Source: Eledone cirrhosa
Taxonomy: Eukaryota
Assembly (NCBI GenBank): GCA_964016885.1
Contig: OZ024740.1
Location: forward strand, 247,566,001 to 247,630,000
Direction of reading: 5' to 3'
DNA: 64,000 bases
The notes under the pieces are model-generated. The model worked only from the letters and a program-made list of their open reading frames with translations. It was not told the DNA's origin and did no database searches. A program made the position numbers and the translations under genes. Shown piece after piece: positions 36,927-48,329 of this stretch (the stretch's first letter is position 1; each line of letters starts with the position of its first letter).

Positions 36927-37824
36927 TCGCGTGCGTAGGTGTGAATAGATGTACATGTATGTATATATATGTGTATATGTGTATATGTATGTATATATAT
37001 GTGTATATGTATGTATGCGTGTATATGTATGTATGTATGCGCGTATGTGTATGTATTCTTTTGTGCACGTATTTTTGTCTGTATGTATATATATTTATAT
37101 ATATGTATGTGTGTATGAGCTTGTTCGCGTATATGCATGTTACCTACTTTTTATTTATTTTTTCTCGTGTTACTTTATATATTACAACCCCTCCCACTTA
37201 CTTTCTCTTTGCTTTAATTTTTTTTAAATTCTTATCTTATATATTATTTCATTTATTCATCATATTTTATATTTGTATCGACCTTCCGTCTGACACTGCG
37301 TTGACTTTATACACAGCCTTCCCTATATATATCACATAAATGTATGTGGTTGTGCGTGTGTGTATGTTTATACGCGTGCGTCCTTTCATCCTTGTATGTG
37401 TATAAATTTCAGCCCTTAGTCCCTAAGTCTGTATGTACGTTAACTCCATTATCTTACAATCTCTATTTTTAACATATATTATATATGTTTTTGTGGTCAC
37501 ACATACAATAATATGTTTGCCTTCATGTATGTACTTACGCACACATTTTTTCACTATACACGTGCAGTTGTACATACACACACATGTACATATGTACATA
37601 TTTATGTGCATATACACACATCCCCTTACTATATTTCTTTTTTTTTTTTTAATACATTTCTTGTATTCGTCTTATTCGGGAAAAATTTGGTAATGAGGTA
37701 ATTATATTGTATTGTTTATTATACATTAAATATTTAGCTCTGTAACTTACATAGAGCACTCTTCATTCCTCTGACTTTTTTCAATTTTCAACGGAAACTT
37801 CAATACCTATATATATATATATAT

Positions 37825-40285
37825 AAAGAAAAAAAGATGAAATGGAAAATGCAACTGGAGCCTTATTTAAAAAATATATATATATATTTATTTGGTTCTT
37901 TTACCGGTTTCGCAGTTCTTTTGCTTTTCAAAAGTAGGGTTGAGATGGAGGGTCTGTGGTGTTTCTCACATCTGGTTGGTCTTTGAATGTTACTTGTGGC
38001 TCGAAAGTAGCTCGAAACGCCATGTTTTTAGAGAAGTAATTTAATTGGTTGGTTAATAGGTATAATAAATTTCGCGCCAGTTCGCGTTACAAAGCTCTTC
38101 AAACAAGGGGGGGGGCGCTCAGATTGTTTTTTCATATATGAGTGAAGTTTGGTTTGTTGATGCAGTCTCGTGAATAAGCACATCAGCTTTCGCGCCAGTT
38201 TGTTTGAATTTTTTTACTTAAAAAAGGGGCTCACGAAGGCTTTTTTTATAAATGTAATTTGATTGGTTATAAATGAAATTATGACTGTCACGTGAACAAG
38301 TTCATTAAATTTCGCGCCCATATTTTGGATTTTATTTTGTAGCCTTTTAGAGAATTTTATGACAAACAAAAGATAATGGTCAAGAGAAATGGGATGGGGG
38401 GAATTGTTCTGGTTCAGTGAATATGGCAGGTTCTTTTTTCATATATGAGTGAAGTTTGGTTGGTTCATGCAGTCACGTGAATAAGCACATCAGCTTTCAC
38501 GCCAGTTTGTTTGAATTTCTTTTGACTTTAAAAAAAGTGGCTCACGAAGGCTTTTTTAAAATAAATGTAATTTGATTGGTTATAAATGAAATTATGACTG
38601 TCACGTGAAAAAGTTCATTAAATTTCGCGCCCGTATTTGGGGATTTATTTTGTAGCCTTTTAGAGAATTTTATGACAAACAAAAGATAATGGTCAAGAGA
38701 AATGGGATGGGAGAATTTGCTGTGGTGTCAGAATTCAGACTTTCTATTGAAATATAGAAAGTAGAGATATGTATGTTTATTTGTGTGTTCGTGTGTGTAG
38801 GAAGATGATTCTATTAGTAGAAATGGGGGAGGGGGTTGTGTGTGTGTGTATATGGGTGTTATGTGTGTGGGGGGAGTATGTTAAGATGGAGAGAATATAT
38901 ATATTTTGTGTGTGCGTATGTGTGTAGGAAAGTGATTCTATTAGTAGAAATGGGGGAAGGAGTTGTGTGTGGCGGGTAGGGGGGTTCGTGTGTGTATGGG
39001 TGTTATGTGTGTGTGGGAGTATGGTTAGCATGTTAAGATGAAGATAATATATATTTTGTGTGTGTGTGTGTGTAGGAAAATGATTCCGTTAGTAGAAATA
39101 TTTTTGAATGAATATATTTTCCTTATTTATTCGTATTTGTTCTGTTGTATTGTCAGCACAAACGTATGTTAAGGTTTATTTAGTTCGGGTTTTTATTTTC
39201 TAAAGTAGAAGGTGTTATGGGTGTGTGTATGTGTCTGTTTGGATGGTTAGCATGTTATGGTGTTGACATAATGTATATTAAACCATATTTAATGTTGGTC
39301 TATATTTTTTAATAAACATATTTTCCTTATTTATTCGTATTTGTTCTGTTGTATTGTCAGCGCAAACGTAAAATGGGAAGACTTGGAATTTGGGTGTCTT
39401 ATTACTTGCGCATATGTCTAGATATGCGCTTAGTGGTATCTGTCTCGTGGTTTGATCTCCTAATTGTTGGCGATGAACTGTCATTCTGTTTCTGAGTGTG
39501 AATTTAGTTTGTCCTATATAATCTTCATTACATCCTTTACACACACACACACACACAAGCACACAAATAAACATACATATCTCTACTTTTTTTATTTCAA
39601 TAGAAAGTCTGAATTCTGACACCCCAGCGAACCAGCCATATTCACTGAACCAGAACAATTCTCCCATCCCATTTCTTTTGACCATTATCTTTTGTTTGTC
39701 AGAAAATTCTCTAAAAGGCTACAAAATAAATCCCCAAATACGGGCGCGAAATTTAATGAACTTGTTCACGTGACAGTCATAATTTCATTTATAACCAATC
39801 AAATTACATTTATTTAAAAAAAGCCTTCGTGAGCCACTTTTTTAAAAGTAAAAAGAAATTCAAACAAACTGGCGCGAAAGCTGATGTGCTTATTCACGTG
39901 ACTTCATCAACCCAACTTCACTCATATATGAACCCCCCCTCTTGTTTGAAGAACTTTGTAACGCGAACTGACGCGAAATTTATTATACTTATTGACCAAC
40001 CAATCAAATTACTTCTCTAAAAAAATGGCGTTTCGAGACACTTTTTTCCATATAAAACAAGTAACATTGAAAGACCAACTAGATGTGAGAAAAACCACAG
40101 ATACTCCATCTCAACTCACCTTTTGAAAAGCAGAAGAACTGCGAAACCGGTAAAGGAACCAAATAAATATATATATTTTAAAAAAAATAAGACTCCAGTT
40201 GCATTTTCGATTTCATCTTTTTTTCTTTATACTTTCACTCGTGTAGGACACCTCGGTTATTTTTCATTTTGTAAAAAAACCTCAC

Positions 40286-40290
<5 letters not shown>
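37825..40290. mobile_element. PLE 3' fragment (minus strand, GIY-YIG at 39278-39540) with an inverted pLTR copy (39541-40230)
   Basis: CKGCNEDYIGQT..LRNRMTVHRQQ..KENMFIKKYRPTLN. 39541-40230 mirrors 37825-38800, whose left arm has an internal ~290-bp duplication. Confidence 0.85.
40119..40156 (+). ncRNA. Hammerhead, U3:A8 core variant (mirror copy ~37898-37935 minus)
   Basis: CCTT-TTGAAAA-GCAGAAGAACTGC-GAAA-CCGG-TA^AAGG, then AATAAA. Confidence 0.78.
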
Positions 40291-40380
<90 letters not shown>

Positions 40381-40384
<4 letters not shown>

Positions 40385-40800
40385 ATATTTAATAATATTC
40401 TGTGTGCTTATTTAAAAACATTTTGAAGGCCTTTCGCTATAAATTTAAGGTAGTGGCTATAGTCTCATAACTAGCTTTTGAAAAATTGAAGTGGGATAAC
40501 CGACGTGTTTCTCACTGTTTAGCGGTCATCATGAAATGAAGCTGGATATACGTTAATAAGTTTAAACAGCCCATAAACATAATTGGTATTCTATAATCCA
40601 GCTGCTCTCACAGCAAAAGCGGAGGGGCATATAACCTTGATAACCACTAGACAGTGAGAAACGCATCGGTTAAACCCGTTTATTTTTACTGAAGCTAGTT
40701 ATGAGTCTATAGTCACTACCTTAAATTTATAGCGAAAGGCTTTTAAAATGTTTTAAAATAAACATACAGTGTATTACTAAATAGACCATACATACATTTA
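40381..40800. repeat. Imperfect fold-back element with U3:A8 HHR (40631-40672 plus), just downstream of the chitinase-like stop codon
   Basis: ATAACC-TTGATAA-CCACTAGACAGTGA-GAAA-CGCA-TC^GGTTA; paralog of 32491-32910. Confidence 0.8.
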
Positions 40801-40868
40801 TACGTATGTATATATATATATATATAAATATATATACATACATACGCACGCGCACACACACACACACA

Positions 40869-40922
<54 letters not shown>

Positions 40923-41056
40923 CTTTAGAAATGTGTATATATACATTGTGTGTGTTCGTGTGTGTTCGTGAGTGTGTGTGCCTGTCTATATGTGTGAGTG
41001 GGAGTGAGAGGGTGACAGTAGGAAGAAAGTGAAAGGAAATAGAGAATATGCCGTTT

Positions 41057-41191
41057 TTAATCTCCAGTTAATAGGGCTGCCTTAACGGCTTGTACAATAG
41101 GGAATTTGGTACCATTTATTTTCCCTTTCGGATCACCAAGTGTGAGATTCCATATAGCGACACCAGCTAATTTCTTCTTAAAGTATAATGC
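41057..41191 (-). CDS. GH18 chitinase-like gene, last coding exon
   Basis: ttttccAG|ALYFKKKLAGVAIWNLTLGDPKGKINGTKFPIVQAVKAALLTGD*; matches GH18 beta-8 (LgG.m.W.ld.DD..G....yPl). Confidence 0.85.
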   Translation of the reverse strand, partial: ALYFKKKLAGVAIWNLTLGDPKGKINGTKFPIVQAVKAALLTGD

Positions 41192-42490
41192 CTGGAAAAG
41201 AAAAACACAGAATAAGATACACACATATATATATATATATATATCATACTCGGTAACACATTTCGTATCAACCAGGTATTTAGGAAACACAACTCCAACG
41301 ACTACACAAAAAACGGATGCCTTTATTTTCTCTTACACACACACAGACACACACAGACACTCACAATCACACACACACACACACACACATACATACACAC
41401 ACACATACACACACACACATACACACTCACACACTCACACACTCACACACATATATATATATATATATTAGCTTGGGCAGAAAGTTCTCGTCATTTCTCA
41501 CATTTTTATTGATTTTGTTATCTTATAACAGGTTAAATTTACGAGTCAAATTAAGCGCCATCATTTGGAATATCGTCTGCCATCGTTTAGGAATGCACAT
41601 GATTCCATCCCTGTAGAATTCGTCTGGTTACGATGCTAAGTATTCCGCCAGTCACAGATTTAACTGATCTTTATTGGCGAAGGTCTTTGATTGCATTGCT
41701 CATTGGGAGAAGAAAAGGATATTCTGAGAACCTATCAAGAAGGAAATCAAACAGGACCATGGCGTGGGCGAACCCTAGCGATTTTTTACCGCTAATCTGT
41801 TAAGTTCTTAGCAATAGATATCAGAGGTTATCCTGGTTTTTGGTGGGAGTAGCTCGTAATAGATGACATATTTCCAGTCCCACTAGACGCTTAGTAGAGC
41901 CTTGCGAGGGTTGAGGTCAGCCTTTGCTTGCCATTGTAGCGCACTCTCTTTATCAACCCATAAAGTGGTGGGTGGAATATACATATATACACATATGTAT
42001 ACATTTAAAAGATTTAGATTTATGTAATTTTTTATTTAATCAAGTATACTTAAACAAATTTTGTCAACTATATTTTACAAAAAGAAGTTATACAATGAAG
42101 GAAATAGGAAAATAGGATTAAAACAAAATTGAGTAATGAATAGTGGGGAGGGATAAAGAAGGGCTGTTCTGGCTGTAAAGGAAAGTAGTGTCATAAATGA
42201 GAGGAAAGGGAGGGAAAAGGCAAGGAATATTAGGCCACGGAAGAAAGGGAAGGAAAGAGGGTGATAGACTCTATGCTAGGGCGGGGCAGTGTTTGAGCTG
42301 CGGAAAAAACGGCAAAGACATTTCGGCGGACAATGGCCAGTGTCACCTATTGCAACAGCCACCCCACATGGATGTATACATTCATGTATACATCGCTATT
42401 TCAGAGCACCAATACTAATACCTAATTTTTTCTGGACCGGCAACCACTTTAAATATTACTGGAATTCTATAAGAATCCAGCTTCTATAAC

Positions 42491-42581
42491 TCTCGGCAGA
42501 AGCGAAGGAGTGAGTGGTCTTGATAAACGATAATGAGCGAGAAACAGGACTGTCAATCACTCTCTTTTGCTTTTGCCGAGA
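42491..42581 (+). ncRNA. Hammerhead, U3:A8 variant with ~28-bp imperfect stem I
   Basis: TCTCGGCAGAAGCGAAGGAGTGAGTGGTC-TTGATAA-ACGATAATGAGCGA-GAAA-CAGGACTG-TC^AATCACTCTCTTTTGCTTTTGCCGAGA. Confidence 0.7.
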
Positions 42582-42746
42582 ATAAGTAGGTGACATAGTC
42601 ACTACTTTGAAACTCATAGCGAGTGGTCTTCAACATGTTTTTAATTAAGCATACAGTATAATGCCAAATATACTAGACATACATGTTTACATCGCTGAGA
42701 GAGTGAGAGAGAGAAAGAAAGAAAGAGAGAGGAAGAGAGAAAGAGA

Positions 42747-45450
42747 TTTGCCACAAGGGCACACAAGACATGGGACGGCGTGGGTTTTACATGTAAGCGT
42801 GTAAACAAATTTAACAATTATGAAATGAAATAAACTATCTAAATCCCCAATAAGAAGGAACGTTACTACGGGCTTGTTTTACATCCCGTAGATAGAACAA
42901 CCCTCTACACTACGTTTTGTAAGTGCTCCTGTCTTTTCTCTTTTTTCTTCTTCAACATACAGGTTTATATACAGAGTAGGCCCATTCACTCGGGACATTT
43001 TCGCCACATTCACCCACCTTTCAGCGAATTTGCTGGGATGCAGAACCTCTCTCTACACTCTCACCTTTCTTTTAAAATGGTATTTGAAGAAAGGGAAGAG
43101 TTGTTGTCCGGAGAGGAAGGTGTTTGCCTTCAGTCCTTTCAATCTTGTCCACCATATAACTTCTATCGGCATAGCTACAAGACAGAGGAAAACTGCCTCT
43201 CCTTCAGTGTTAAATGAAGGCGGCGGCGGCGGGGTAATCTTCAGGATGGACTCGGCTGACAGCCGGATTTGTCCTACGTGAAACAGTAGTTGCTCGACAT
43301 GATTCCACAGGTCGGTTACTCCTGGGCACTGAACAATGGCGTACCGAACGGTTTTGGTGTTCTGGACACGTTCTTCTGGCAGGATCTCTGCCAGCGCGTC
43401 CGAGCCTGTAGATTTTGTCTGAAACTGGTAGAGCTTCTCGGTTGCACAGCCTGGTCTGAGACCTCTGGAAGTTATCTATAGGCCCTGGAGTAAAATTCCT
43501 CCGGAATAGACTGGCCAGTTCAACACCCAGAGTCTTCAAGAGAAAGTTGTCGCACTTACCCTACACTAATCACCTACAGAATGTTAACGTGGCGTTTCCA
43601 CTGATTGACATTTCCGCCTGGTAGAGGATTGTGAGCACCTGATCCCACTCTAGGTGCCAGACGCCCATTTTTGTTCTTCACTCAACCCAGGACTGTAGCT
43701 CCGTTAGTGAGATGAGCTGTAGAAAAGCTTGTCTCATGAACGACGACCACATCGGTGAGGAATAACTAGAGATGGTGTAGCCACAGCGCGTGTTAGCGTA
43801 TTATCAACAATGGCAAACCCAGCTCCCGTGTGAAGAGTGTTGGCAGCAGATGGATCGCCTCACCAATGAAGCCTGTCTCTTCCATAAAAACTGGAAGAGA
43901 AGACGCTCCATTTTGGCGAAGTGTTCACTGGAGAAGACACGACCGTCATGTGGCAGTTGATGACAGACGCTATGTAAGCCATTTCCGCTCGACCTTTTAA
44001 GGAGAGTTTGCGTTCAGTCCACATCTGGGTGAGCGCATATACATTCACCGTGACCACGTTCCCGTTGTGGTGGGGGTGGGGGTATGTTTGTGTTGGCGGT
44101 TGATGGGTGCTCGTTGGTGGTGCTGCTGGTGGTGGTAGTAGTGGTGGTGGTTGGTGGTGTGTTTGTGGTGTTTGTGGTGGGTGCATGTTGGTGTTTTTGT
44201 GTTTTGGGGATCCTCTTCATCCTCGTTTGGACATGTAGAAGTTCCCTTGTCTGAAGCATCAAAATCAGAGGTAGGTGGGATGGGTTTGCTGTGTAGTAGA
44301 GTGTTTGTGTGTGCGTTTGTGGGTGTGGTTGACAGTGTAGGTGAGGGCAAGGATGATGTTTTCAGATTGATTCCCCGTTGGTTGTTGTTGTTGAATTTAG
44401 TGGTCAGTGGTTGTGGTGGTGTTGTTGTAGTTGTTAGGAGTCTCTGTGTCGTTATGTTTGTTTCGGGTTTGGTGTTGGGAAAAGCACCTTTTTATGTCTT
44501 TTGTGTGTTTAGTAGAAGGCATAAGGCTTTTAAATGTGTGGTTTTTCCACACTTGTGACACTGCGACCTTTTCCCCCTCTACTACAATTGAAATGTGACC
44601 CTCTTCCAGGGTGATTCTATTTGGGACTCTCTCTACATTCTCTGCTTCCATTTGAACCAGGATTTCAAGAGAAATTATTTCTGTCGGTTCTTTTGACAGA
44701 AAGGAGGCTCTCTTCGTCCTCCTTTAAAAGACTGGACAGGATCCACCAGATTCCTGTTATTTTTATTTTGAATGTTCTTCTTCCCATGTATGTAGGGAAG
44801 AAGACATGTTGGTCTGTTTCTATAGAGGCGATTGAATGTTTCTATGCGAGAGCCTCGTTTTTAAAGAGCACCCAGATGCTCCCATACTGTTTGGCTCTTT
44901 GTAGGTATTCCACATGTGGCATTATATCTTTTAATGTGGTCTTTACCACGCGTGGTGCAAGTATCACTGGTTTTAAGATTTGTATCGAAAGAGTTTTGCA
45001 AATTCTGTGCTGGGTTGCTGTCGGCATTTATGGTGGTATATTGATGAGAGGCCTGTCCTCATTATATGTTATATACGTATCTGCTTTAGCTAAACATTGT
45101 TTCTTATTCGATATGTCCATATGAAAATATTCAGGGTGCTTTGCAACTGCTGCGACAAATGAACTCTTAATATGGATGCTGCTGTTGTTTTTGTTGTTAT
45201 TGGTGTTGTTGTTTGTGTTATTATTATTGTAGTAGTTGTTGTTGTGGTTTTCATTGTTCATATTAGTCTTGTTGTTCCACCGTTTCCACTTATATTTGTG
45301 GTGTTTGATTGGTTTGATTGGTTGTCATGAGGACGCCTCTCATGACGTGATCAGCGGTTGAAAGCTGTGACTAGAGCAAAGTATTCTCTTTGTTTCTCGT
45401 CTTAACCTTTAAAGATGGAGACGGTGGCAATGAGAGCGTTCCTGCTTCCA
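42747..45450 (-). mobile_element. Degenerate, internally deleted Tx1/L1 LINE (ORF1 remnant joined to the ORF2 3' third)
   Basis: LTQMWTERKLSLKGRAE and TPGPIDNFQRS resemble ORF2 at 140-3559; ORF1-like knuckle remnant near 44520-44570; 3' end at a (GA)-rich tract. Confidence 0.8.
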
Positions 45451-45669
45451 CCATTATTTTTTTTTTTTTCTAAACGATAGTCAATAACATTTTCAAAATA
45501 CTTGAACACTCTTTTCGCTCCCAAGGGCTGAAAATATCCAAAGGCTAACCATCTCAAACTAGAGTTGGTTAACCTACCTACAACACAATATAAATTTGAA
45601 TTCTCAAATGCATGATTTTCTTGAAAAAATTAAGCAAATCTCGCCAGCGAGCTGTAGACACATCCATCC

Positions 45670-45743
<74 letters not shown>

Positions 45744-45745
<2 letters not shown>

Positions 45746-46162
45746 TGTTTTTTTATTAGCCACAGGGGCACAAAAGAAGGGGACAAATACAAAGGGGAAG
45801 TTTACATACAATAAAAACGTGTAAAATACTATCACAAATGCCAATAGTGGGAGACATTACATATGGGTAACACATACCCCGAAAGAATGTGCAACCCTCG
45901 TCTCCAGGAGTACGAAAAGTGAGTACCCCTTTCCTCTCTTCCTTTTTTTCCTCAATCTACAGGCTGATATAGAGAGAAGGCCCATTCACTAGGGCCTTTC
46001 TCGCCACTTTCACCCACCTTTCATAAAACTTGCTGGGGTACAGCACCTCTCTCTCCATCCTGATTCTTCCTCCAACGTGGTATTTGAAAAAAGAATCAGT
46101 TGTTGGCCTAAGTGAAAGGTGTCTGACCTCAGCCCTTTTAACCTAGTCCACCATACAACCTC
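45744..46162 (-). mobile_element. 3' fragment of a related Tx1/L1 LINE inside (GATA)n
   Basis: Encodes VVWWTRLK..RWVKVARKALVNGPSLYISL; 3' UTR ends GTGGCTAATAAA; (GATA)n on both sides (45671-45743, 46163-46180). Confidence 0.8.
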
Positions 46163-46374
46163 TAGATAGATAGATAGATACCCAGCAATATATTGCTACA
46201 TGATGCTTGCTTTCGACCTACCAACTACTTTTATATATACATACATACTCACCCTCTCTTAAGTGCAGGTTTGAGATAAGCGGAATTTGAACTCAGAATG
46301 TAAAGAGCTAGGACAAATACTACAAAGTATTTCGTCCGAATATCTAAGATTTCTGATAATACAACACCCTAGAC

Positions 46375-47683
46375 ATGTACGTCAAATCAGCAAATAAAGT
46401 GTTCTGGCAAACCATCCACCGTCTTCATAATAGGAGGCCCTCCTCCACAACTACTATCAAGAACGTATCTGGTGTTCTCCTCTCTTCAGAGAGGTGCATC
46501 CTCGCGTGGTGGAGAGAATACTTTGCTGATCTCCTAAACCCGATCGCAACAGCATCTTCTGATGTATACGAGGTACATCTGGGAGACTAATATCTGAGAG
46601 GCTGAGATCACAAGAGCAGTTAAAGAGCTCAAATGTAGCAAGGCCGCTGGGGAAGATAAAATCCGGTCAGAGGTGTTAAAAGCTTCAAATAAAGAATGTA
46701 TTCTCTGGATGACTCGTGTGTGCTGAGTGGCCAGGATCTTGGAAAAGGCACTTAAGCAATAGCAATCGGGAGTGATAATCCCACGTTTCAAAAAGGGAGG
46801 CAAGAGAGATTGTTCCTTTTACAGAGCGATCTCCTTGTTAAGCCGCCCCGATAGAATCTATGCTATGTGTAAAATTTCGAGTACAAGCTACCTGATGAAC
46901 AGTGTGGTTTTTGCCCTGGAGGCACCAGAGCCGACCAAATATTCGCACTGTGGCCCGTCTTCGAGAAATCGTAGGATTATTGCCAAGAGGTATATTTTTG
47001 TTTTGTAATCCTTGAAAAGACATATGACGGCGTTCCCAGAGAACTGCCGTGGAAAGGTTATACAGAAGTATGGGATCAATGGTCAGCTTCTTGCTGTCCT
47101 GATGTCACTATACGAATGCCCCAGTATTTGTGTTCGGATAAATGGTGCTAAATCGAAACCATTCAATGTGAGAGTCGGACTCCGCCTAGGGTACGTACTG
47201 TCACCTCTCCTGTTCATTATTTACATGAACAAGATTGACATGCGCAGCTGGGTTGGAAGTGGTATCATGGCTGGCGGGTGTAAAATCAGGTGGCTGTAAT
47301 TTGCAGACGACATGTTGTTACTAAACTCGACAGAAGATGATCTTTGACTTATACTTGATAGATTTGCGGTCGAGTGCTGCATGGCTGGAATACAAATGAG
47401 TACAGAGAAAACTGAGATACCTGTCCTCTCAATGAATCCTATGTAGTGCACTCTACATGTCAATGGAGTTCCACTGAAGTAGGTAGAGACTGAAAGAATA
47501 GGATCGCGAATAAAAGTGGCCGAAATGGGGTTTTACAGTCTTTGAGATAACGTTACACAATAGGGTACGTAGCTCGGAGGTCGGTGTCACACAAGGTAGA
47601 GGCACTACTCCTTGGAGACGGTTGCATTTGACAGGACCCGCTGGAAGGTGTGTTTGAGGTCTCTGCTCCCACGACTCTCTCTC
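46375..47683 (+). mobile_element. Degenerate RTE-like LINE 3' fragment
   Basis: KAAGED, IIPRFKKG.KRDC.FYRAISLLS, VGLRLG.VLSPLLF, FADD, terminal DRTRW; many stops. Confidence 0.75.
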
Positions 47684-47817
47684 AAGAAGAAGAAGAAGAA
47701 GAAGAAGAAGAAGAAGAAGAAGAAGAAGAAGAAGAAGAAGAAGAAGAAGAAGAAGAAGAAGAAGAAGAAGAAGAAGAAGAAGAAGAAGAAGAAGAAGAAG
47801 AAGAAGAAGAAGAAGAA
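47684..47817 (+). repeat. Pure (GAA)n, ~44 units, probably the RTE tail
   Basis: Read directly from the sequence. Confidence 0.95.
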
Positions 47818-48329
47818 ACCGCCGCTATTCTCTCCCACTACCTCCTGCTAGTTGCTGCTAGCACAGTACCGCCACCACTACCACCACCACCACCACTGCC
47901 TCATTATCACTACCGTCGCTATTCTCTCCCGCTAGCCCCTGCTACATTGTAGAATTCTCACTAAAAGAGGAAGGCATGAAAATATATAAATAGACTGAAT
48001 TGATGACCCAGTAAAAATCAAAAAAACAAAAATCAAAATCAAAGCAGCACAGCAACAACGAAAAACGCAAAGGAAATAAAAATGAAGAGAAAAACAAACG
48101 GACGGACAGAGAAGGGAAGGGAAAAACTAAGTCAGACATTCAAACACTACATTACAATGAAACTTATGCTTATTCATTTTGGGTTTTTTTTCTGCCTGTT
48201 TGTTTGTTTGTTTATTTGGGTTCGTCTACAGCGTGATAATGCCACACAAAAGTCACGTGGAGTGACGAAACCACCGGAGACGAGTAATTCACCAGTGGTT
48301 ATGTAACCATACATTCGCCAATCCTCGAT

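Noticed and set aside
47605-47952. Poly-K/E/F ORFs
   Set aside because: Frames of the (GAA)n repeat.
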